NCBI GenBank assembly: GCA_951406725.2
Contig: OX597814.1
Span: 154,442,001 to 154,506,000 of the forward strand
Direction of reading: 5' to 3'
Length of the DNA stretch: 64,000 nt
From: Octopus vulgaris
Taxonomy: Eukaryota
Positions within the stretch are counted from its first letter, which is position 1. Each line of letters starts with the position of its first letter. Below, piece after piece: positions 54,086 through 64,000 of this stretch. A program made the translations under genes and the position numbers. The notes under the pieces were generated by a model. The model worked only from the letters and a program-made list of their open reading frames with translations. It was not told the DNA's origin and did not search any database.

Positions 54086-55299
54086 TGCGTGCATAAGAGC
54101 ACTTATTTCAAGCCTTCAAGCCGATTCCCAAACGTCACATTTTCGCAACTCTCGAATCATATTTCCGTTAGAAATCTACATTATGCCAATATCATGCGTA
54201 ATCACCAGAACTACAGCTTCCTCTGTTAATGTTACCAGAACTAAGTACCAAATGCTGCAGAACAGATGATAAGCTCCCACATAGCTGAGCTGACGCGACC
54301 CATTTTCCTTTCCGTGATAGATGATATTTCTCTTCACTTGCAACACTAATAATAAACACCAACCCCAGTCAGAAAATAGCGACAGACCCAATGATGGGAT
54401 ACAAACCTATCTATCTCTTAACGTCGCCCTTTTCAAGCCTAGCTAGGCTCGTGTGCCCGGTTTCCCGGTTTCTGTGGCGTATCTGTTCCCCCAGCTGGAC
54501 GGGACGCCAGTTCATCGCAGAGTTACTAAAGAAACAGGAAGAGCGAGTGAGAGAAAGTTGTGCCGAAAGAGTACAACGGGTGTCGCCACCACCCACTGCC
54601 GGAGCATCGTGGAACTTTTAGGTGTTTTCGCTCAATAAACACACACAACGCCCGGTCTGGGAATCGAAACCGCGCTCCTCCGACGTCAGGGAAAACATTT
54701 TATCGGTTAATTTATTCATATGTTACTAATGTTTTTAGGAAAGGCATGAGCATCACAGATATTCGTTTCATCGACAAAGCTAATAAAAAAAAAATATTTG
54801 CTTTTCTATCGAGTGAGAATTGCTGAATAAGCAAACTCTTGGAAAGCTGAGATTGTCTTGAATTTTAAGCTAACGGTTGAAAGAAGATCATTTTATTTTA
54901 AACGTATTTTGCTTGGTTTAGCATAAGGAACTGCAGTGCATGGAAGACTGCTTATCAATAAAGCAAAAAAGACATTTTGTGCATTGCTCAACGTGCATAC
55001 TTTAATGCTTCTCAAATTGCTGCAGCTCTTTTTGGTCTCGTGTCAAAAAGACCTTTACTAACTTTGCAGGGCAAAAAACTACTCAGTAGAGTTTGAGGAT
55101 TTTTTTCTTGTGTCGCTAGTATTTTTTACTCTTTCATTGTAGCTCCTTGTGAACCATTTACATGCTTTGGTGTTATAATATTTGGTTGTGTAAGGGATGA
55201 GGAATATGAAGAGATATGTTTAATAGAGCGGTTTTGGTTGTCTCTTTCAGAGTTTCTGATGGGTCACAGATGAAGTACATTTCTGCTAAGGATAAGGGT

Positions 55300-55612
55300 A
55301 AAAACCTCCTTCGGTCATGAATGACCATGGAATTGAACCTACAAAGTTCCCCTCCGAGGCACAAGTCAGGGCAAGATTGTTTGTGGAAAACTAGTAGTTG
55401 CCCATGCATACTAGCCTCCGCTCTCCACGCCACCGATGTTATCCAAGGGAAAGGCAAAGGCCAATACAGCTTGGCACCAATAATGTCGCAACTCATTTCT
55501 ACAGAGTCTTGCTAAAGTGTCTTACTCAAGAAAATAATACACAGCCTGATCCGGGAATCAAACTCACAACCTCATAATTGTAAGCCCAATGCTCTAACTA
55601 CTGATCCATGCG
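55300..55612 (-). mobile_element. Fourth SINE-like family
   Basis: Decayed tRNA-like head near 55612. The 3' part with the GGTCATGAATGACC palindrome recurs at ~35895-36070. Confidence 0.6.
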
Positions 55613-58608
55613 TGCAAAAATGGCAGAGCTGATTTTGACGGGCCGTATCCGCCAAGAGAGCTGTGTCCTAGTAGGTTGGTCACTTACGGATAGTCGTGTT
55701 TTGGCTGTGGTCAAACAGTGGTAGATTGGTAGAGGCTAGGTTTGAAAGTAAGAAAGGAAATCAAATATGTTTGGAATATCTGTGTATTGTTCCGAATTAG
55801 GTGCAGGAATAATATTAATGAATACGTGTTGAGAATGATATTAGCAATGCTCTAAATTTCAAACAACTTCAGCCATATGGCAAGCAATTCAACCTTATTT
55901 TTATTAGCTGTCGATCACCCTCTCAACGCATTTATACATCACACTTCGCCAACTCTTCAAAAGCCATTTTCCCCAAGGGACAGAATTACAGCGAGCAAAA
56001 TTTTTAAAAAAGGAAAACTTCAACCATTAATATAGATTAATGCATGGCATATATTCAATAAAAAAATGTGTGTGTGTGTGTATATACACTCACACACACA
56101 TACACACAGACACGTATATACACATAATTGGGTTGCGGTCATACTGGAGCATCGCTTTGTTGGGTTTAGTCAAACAGCTCGATTCCAGTATTTGTTTTAA
56201 GTTAAGTTAATTTTTTGGCTCAAAAAGCAAAAAGCAAGGCCATGTAGGGGGACATGGAGTTATGTACAGGGTGGTGTTCATGCAAAGAGTTCAGGCCATT
56301 TCTGGTCAAGAGAGACTTTGAACCGAGCGGTCGTCGGCAGTTAGAGTCTTGTACTTAGTTGTCAGTTTTTTTGCCGAACTATTAAGTTCTGGGGACACAA
56401 ACAAACACCGGTTGTCAAACGGTCGTGGCACACCGTCGGTTACGACGACGAAGGTTCCAGTTGATTCGCTCAACGGAACAGCCTGCTCGTGAAATTAACG
56501 TGCAAGTGGCTGTGCACTCTACAGACACGTATACCTTTAGCGTAGTTCTCAGGGAGATTCAGCGTGACACAGAGTGTGACAAGGCTGGCCCTTTGAAATA
56601 CAGGTACAACAGAAACAGGAAGAAAGAGTGAGAGAAAGTTGTGGCGAAAGAGTACAACAGGAGTCACAACCACCCACTGCCGGAGCATCGTGGAGCTTTT
56701 AGGTGTTTTCGCTCAATAAACACACACAACGCCCGGTCTGGGAATCGAAACCGCGATCCTACGACCGCGAGTCCACTGCCCTAACCACTGGGCCATTGCG
56801 CCTTCTGTCAAACGGTAGTGGTGGGACAAACACAGACACGTGCGCGCAAAACTCTCTCTCTCTCTCTCTGTCACACACACACACACACATATACGCGCTA
56901 GGCTTCCATACACTTTCCATCTACCAAACTCACTCTCAGGGCATTGGTCTGCCCGGAGCTATATTAGAAGATACTTTTCCAAGATTCCGCACGATGGGAC
57001 AAAACACCAAATCATGTGGAGTTGAAGAGATTTAGTGAAATAATATTTTCCTGGCATTCCTTCGATATAGCTCGACAAGGTCGAGACATTTCACTTCGGG
57101 TATTTCCGTGGGTTGTGGAGTATAGATATAAAGAAATTATGCCAGCAATGTCTCATTTTAAACTTGAAGAAGAAAAGCCTTGCATATTTGTTCTTACCTG
57201 TTTCATGTGTATATGTAAAATCTGCATATTTCCAAGCAGAAAACAGAATCGAACTGTCATTTGCTTCCATGGAAATACCCGAAATGTAGTGTTTTGATTT
57301 TGTCGAGTTATATCGAAAGAATGCCATTTTCTTTATTGAGATGGTGTTTAGAACTTACAATTATTTTATCAGATCGATGGAAGATTTTTACTCATTGGTA
57401 CATTAAATTAGTGTTTGCTACGTAACTTAACAAAAGGATTTTAACATAAAATTATGAGGCAAGATCTTGATTTTAAATATCTCTTTCCTCTTTTACTTGT
57501 TTCAGTCATTTGACTGCGACCATGCTGGAGCACCGCCTTTTGTCGAGCAAATCGACACCAGGACTTATTCTTTGTAAGCCTAGTACTTATTCTATCGGTC
57601 CTTTTGCTGAACCGCTAAGTTACGGGGACGTAAACATACCAGCATCGGTTGTCAAGTGATGTTGATGGGGGGTGGGGAGACAAACACAGACACACAAACA
57701 CACACACACACATATATATATATATATGCATATATACGACGGGCTTGTTTCAGTTTCCGTCTACCAAATCCACTCACAAGGCTTTGGTCGGCCCGAGGCT
57801 ATAGTAGAAGACACTTGCCCAAGGTGCCACGCAGTGGGACTGAACCCGGAACCGTGTGGTTCGTAAGCAAGCTACTTACCACACAGCCACTCTTACGCCT
57901 GTAGGAAGATTTTTAAACCAGAAGCATTGTATCTTAGAACTAAGGGTATCGATGGTATCAAAACAATTAAAAATAAAGGTCAATACAAATGTATGGCTAT
58001 TGATACATTTCCACGGTACTTAATTTATCTGGTACTTAATTTATCAACCCCGAAAGGATTCTGAGTTCAAATTCCGCCGAGGTCGACTTTGCCTTTCATC
58101 CTTTCGGGGTCGATAAATTAAGTACCAGTTTCGTACTGGGGTCCATGTATCTGACTTAATCCGTTTGTCTGTCCTTGTTTGTCCCCTCTATGTTTAGCCC
58201 CTTGTGGGTAGTAAAGAAATATATTGATACATTTCCACAAGCATATTGGTCACAGAAGAGGAGTGAAATAGTAAATTAACTATGCTAACCGAAGCAAATG
58301 AGCGGCGTAATTTTCTTAGCTGTTCGCCGTCGTTGATGTTTTTGTCGGAGTGTTGTTAAAAAAATGATTGATAAATAGGCGGTGCTCCAGCATAGCTGAG
58401 AAGGTTTAAATTTAAAATAACGAAAGAGTGGCTGTGTGGTAAGTAGCTTGCTAACCAACCACATGGTTCCGGGTTCAGTCCTACCGCGTGGCATCTTGGG
58501 CAAGTGTCTTCTGCTATAGCCCCGGGCCGACCAATGCCTTGTGAGTGGATTTGGTAGACGGAAACTGAAAGAAGCCTGTCGTATATATGTATATATATAT
58601 ATATATAA

Positions 58609-58665
<57 letters not shown>

Positions 58666-59581
58666 TGTGTCTGTGTTTGTCCCCCTAGCATTGCTTGACA
58701 ACCGATGCTAGTGTGTTTACGTCCCCGGCACTTAGCGGTTCGGCAAAAGAGACCGATAGAATAAGTACTAGGCTTACAAAGAATAAGTCCCGGGGTCGAT
58801 TTGCTCGATTAAAAAGGCGGTGCTCCAGCATGGCCGCAGTCAAATGACTGAAACAAGTAAAAAGAGTAAAAAAAGAGTAAAGAGCTAAAAAAAAAAGGCA
58901 TTATAAAAATAGACTGATTTGGTTATAAGACGTATGCTACAGGAAGAAAAAGGGTGTGGTTTATCGAAATGTAAAAAGAGCAAGGAATAGATGACGGGAG
59001 TGGATGAGATGAGGAGAAGGGAAAAGAAGACTAACAGAAAGAAAGCAAAGGGAAATGATTTAAGAGAACGTGTCCGGTGGATGGTGAACGACCAGTCATC
59101 AAGTGCAGACAGATAGACTGGAGGTTGGTGAGTGTAACTCTCATAACTTTGTCACCATTCTGTTAGAAAACGTCTCAACTTTTAAAAAAGAAACGAACGG
59201 ATATTTATACATCGTAACAGCTAATTTCAAGTAAACGCCAGCTCATCCGTTCAACATATGTGTAACCTGAAGGAGATACGCAATAATGTCCGTGATTCCA
59301 TGATTTTTTAGCGTTGGTTCTATTTTCGGTTTTTCTTTTTTTATTTTCAGATTCTTATTTTCCTTCACCGTTTTGCCATTTTTTTCAATGTGTAGGTACG
59401 TACACCGTGTAGTTGTAGTTGCTGAAGACCTGCTTTAAAGATATCCTGAAGTAGGACCTCAGTGTCTGTCAGCTTCTGATATAGTAAACATATCTATCTA
59501 CTCTAGTCAATGTATTGAGTTCTATATCAGATATTTGCACCGTGTAAAATATATTTTATACTTTACAACACTTACATTCAG

Positions 59582-59618
<37 letters not shown>

Positions 59619-60053
59619 GATACACACACAGATACACACACATACACACACACACAACAGGCTTCTGGTCAGATATCATCTACGAAATGTCATTCCCCAA
59701 AATTTTGGTCAATAAGAAAGTATGGGAGACAATATTTGTCCTTTATGCTGGAATCTGGAACCGTATGATTGTAAAGCGAAGTTCTTAACCACATAGCCAT
59801 GATATTGGTTTCAAATTTTGGCACAAGACCAGCAACCTCGGGGGAGGGGATAAGTCGATTACATCGACCCCCACCCCCAGTACTCAGCTGGTTTTCTCAT
59901 TTTATCTATCTCGAAAGAATGAAAGGCAAAGTCAACCTCGGCGGAATTTGGACTCAGAATGTAAGGACGGGCGAAATGCCGCTAAGCATTTTACCCGGAG
60001 TGTTAACGATTCTGCCAGCTCGCAGCCTTACATGGCCATGATATTAAATTGTA

Positions 60054-60580
<527 letters not shown>

Positions 60581-61242
60581 GCTAAAAAAAAAAAGGCATG
60601 ATAAAAATAGACTGATTTGGATTATAAGAAGTATGCTACAGGAAGAAAAAGGGTGTGGTTTATCGCATAAATGTAAAAAGAGCAAGGGACGCCGGTCTGC
60701 CGCAGGATTACTCATTTGTGCCAGTCGAGTGGACTGAAGCAATGTGGAATGAACCGTTTTGTAAAGTCGTAATGTCAGGACTTTGTTTAGAACTGTTTTC
60801 TCTGAAGGACTTGACTGATATTTGTCAGTACTTTTTCCTCAGTGGATTGTGAACATTATATGAGAGTGAGAACTTGCATTGTGCTTCTTTAAAGGAAATG
60901 GAGTTGATACTAATAACCAGCAGGAAGTTAATCAAGAAAACAATATTGATAGCAAATCTTGCAACGTGGTGCAAATGAACGCATCGCCTGGTCCAAGAAT
61001 CGAAACCACAGTCTTACGATCATGATTGCAACACCCTCACCACTAAGCCACACGCTTCCACTCTTCCATCCTTTGAAAGGAAGGAAATACTAGATAATAT
61101 TATTCTTGGTACTATGTATTTGAAAAGATGATGGAATAGCCATGACTAGTCATGGGTTTCGTAGATCTGGGCTGACATTGGACTTTAAAAAATAATAGGG
61201 TTTTATCTATTATATAGTATCTAGTGACCCTCTCTCTTTCTT

Positions 61243-61291
<49 letters not shown>

Positions 61292-61941
61292 TACACACAC
61301 ACACAGATACACACACACACACACACAACAGGCTTCTGGTCAGATATCGTCTACGAAATGTCATTCCCCAAAATTTTGGTCAATAAGAAAGTATGGGAGA
61401 CAATATTTGTCCTTTATGCTGGAATCTGGAACCGTGTGATTGTAAAGCGAAGTTCTTAACCACACATAGCCATGATATTGGTTTCAAATTTTGGCACAAG
61501 ACCAGCAACCTCGGTGGAGGGGATAAGTCGATTACATCGACCCCCACCCCCAGTATGCTTTCAGCTGGAAAATTTTCTCATTTTATCTATCTCGAAAGAA
61601 TGAAAGGCAAAGTCAACCTCGGCGGAATTTGGACTCAGAATGTAAGGACGGGCGAAATGCCACTAAGCATTTAACCCGAAGTGTTAACGATTCTGCCAGC
61701 TCGCAGTCTTACATAGCCATGATATTAAATTGTATAGGCGTAGAGGCGGCTGTGTGGTAAGTAGCTTGTTTACCAACCACATGGTTCTGGGTTCAGTCCC
61801 ATTGCGTGACGCCTTGGACAAGTGTCTTCTACTATAGCCTCGGCCCGACCAAAGCCTTGTGAGGGGATTTGGTAGACGGAAACTGAAACAAGCCCGTCAT
61901 ATAAATGTGTGTGTGTGTGTGTATATATATATACATATGTA

Positions 61942-62035
<94 letters not shown>

Positions 62036-62402
62036 ACATATGTATATATGTGTGTATGTATGTATATATGTGTGTGTATATGTTTGTGTATCTGTGTTTG
62101 TCCCCCCACCATCGCTTGACAACCGATGCTGGTGTGTTTACGTCCTCGTAACTTAGCGGTTCGGCAAAAAAGACCGATAGTATAAGTACTAGGCTTTCAA
62201 AGAATAAGTCCTGGGGTCGATTTGCTCGACTAAAGGCGGTGCTCCAGCATGGTTGCAGTCAAATGACTGAAACAAGTAAAAGATTAAAACAGTATATCGC
62301 AACCATCTTTCAAAAAAAAAAAAAAAGAGAGAGAGAGAGAGAGAGAAAAGAAAAAAAGAAAGGATTAAAGGTCCTTCTCGAGCCATGGGCTCAAATGACC
62401 CG

Positions 62403-62850
62403 ATCCCTGGATTCTGCGACATAAATGTTAAACGAAACGCTGCAAACTATGCATAGCCGAATGCACGGAAATCCAATGAACCATTGTGTAAAGTAGTAAA
62501 GTTAGGACGTTTGTAGGGCCGTGCTTGCACTTTATGAGGTTAATGCTGGTATTTTGGGAATCGCATAATAGCGGTAATAGCGAAAATAACACTACAGCGG
62601 GAAGTTGATTGCTGATGAGAGAGAGAGATAACCTTCTATTGTTTACCGTCATAGTTGAAAGATGGCAACACGGCCGAAAGCCGATAGCCAGCAGCAAAGG
62701 GAGATAATCACCTTGTTTACACCCGTATCGTTCCCCTCTCATATCTTAAAGAGGTCATAGGCTAACAGGTCTTAGGGTCTGAAGATACGCCATAAAGATA
62801 TCCTTTATGGCGAGAAATCCGGGGTAACACTATAAACCGGTCTTCGTACC
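62403..62850 (+). mobile_element. Penelope-like element 3' fragment
   Basis: IPWIL...KRCKLCIAECTEI (62403-62473) matches the PLE C-terminal motif. Followed by a hammerhead at 62773. Confidence 0.6.
62773..62832 (+). ncRNA. Type I hammerhead ribozyme with long stem II (PLE-associated)
   Basis: UAGGGU-CUGAAGA-ua-CGCCAUAAAG-auauc-CUUUAUGGCG-a-GAAA-UCC-g-GGGUA-ACACUA. Confidence 0.8.
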
Positions 62851-62930
62851 ATGCTCTCCATTTTTTTGTCTTTGTTACCGTACACATTCACTAGCTTTCT
62901 TACAAAAAAATCTAATGCTCTTAGCTTAGA

Positions 62931-63020
62931 CTTTTTTGTTGGCAACCAGATCGAACTGTCTCAAGTGTAACTGCCCGAAACAGTAAGAACTTCTGGTAAC
63001 TTGACTGAGGAAAGAAGACC
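62931..63020 (+). ncRNA. Non-circularly permuted hammerhead ribozyme candidate, copy C (intact core, GUC site)
   Basis: Stem III ACUGU(62955-59)/ACAGU(62980-84), C17 at 62960, stem I UCAAGU(62961-66)/ACUUGA(62999-63004), CUGAGGA 63005-11, GAAA 62977-80, stem II GGCA(62941-44)/UGCC(62972-75), extra helix ACCAGA/UCUGGU. Confidence 0.7.
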
Positions 63021-63129
63021 CCGAATGACTCGTTCGTTTTTTTCCCTCTCCTAATTGTTGTTTTTCCTGTCCGCCTTTGTATCGTCTATCTGCCCGAATG
63101 TTTTATTGTTCCGTTTTTGTCCATTATAT

Positions 63130-63230
<101 letters not shown>

Positions 63231-63393
63231 GTAATACGTGACAATTATTCTAGCCATGATAAAACCGGCTACCGAATAATTGTCACATTTACAGATGAAT
63301 TCCTCCATTTACATAATATGGATCTTTTTTTGTCCGAATGTTTTATTATACATACATACATATATATATACATATACATTACATACATTACAT

Positions 63394-63425
<32 letters not shown>

Positions 63426-64000
63426 GATGTTTAAGGCGGTGAGCTGGCAGAATCGTTAACATCGTTAAAACGCCGAGTGAAATGCTTAGCGGCATTCCAT
63501 CTGTCTTTACGTTCTGAGTTCACATTCCTCCGGGGTTGACTTTGCCTATCATGCTTCCGGAGTCGATAAAATAAGTATTAGTTGAACACTGGGCCCGATG
63601 TAATCAACCTAGTCCTTCCCCCAAACCTGCTGGCCTTGTACCAAAATATGAAACCGATGTATATATGATGCGTTGGTGAGACAAAGCTAAAAGGCTCATC
63701 TGGAAATACTTCTCAAATGGAAGCTGAGGCTGTTGATGATATCATTTGTAATTTCAGGTTTGTGATATCCCTTTATTACATGGTGCATTACCCTCTTCAA
63801 AGTCAATCCATTATAAAATAATGAAGGAGTTACACGACAATTACAAGTGTTTAGGAATTACTTTGTAGAATGCAGATGTGATGGGGGTTTTTCAATAAAT
63901 TTAAACACATGTTACCGAGGTTGTAAACGAAATAGAGATATTAAATTTTGAGACAGAAGTTAAAAACGAAAGAAAGAAATGGCAATGTGAGTACAAGGCC

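Noticed and set aside
59420-59490. CTGAAGA and CTGATA motifs suggesting another hammerhead
   Set aside because: No GAAA strand with compatible stems. Isolated CTGATGA hits at ~12407, 28878, 38821 and 62612 fail the same test.
62931-63020. HDV-like or twister ribozyme reading of the pseudoknotted motif
   Set aside because: Helix order does not fit HDV, where P3 closes before P1, and twister's conserved elements are not in order. All three hammerhead junction strands fit in register.

Overview
AT-rich, repeat-dense metazoan DNA. The SINE, LINE and microsatellite content looks like an octopus genome, which is an inference and not a database match. One host gene is visible: the 5' half of an SLC26A11-like sulfate/anion transporter on the minus strand. 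I reconstructed 7 phase-compatible coding exons from 41305 down to 6023, including a 28-nt microexon, and the gene continues past the left edge. A possible distal non-coding first exon and promoter lie at ~50470-51020. The rest is transposon-derived: three or four tRNA-derived SINE families, CR1/L2-like and RTE-like LINEs, Penelope-like (PLE) remnants, mariner, hAT, piggyBac and pogo-type elements, Helitrons and a solo LTR. The most striking signal is seven hammerhead-ribozyme-like motifs in three families. One family (3 copies) has all three hammerhead junction strands and covarying stems but in a non-circularly permuted, pseudoknotted order. Exon and ribozyme coordinates were counted by hand; repeat boundaries are approximate.
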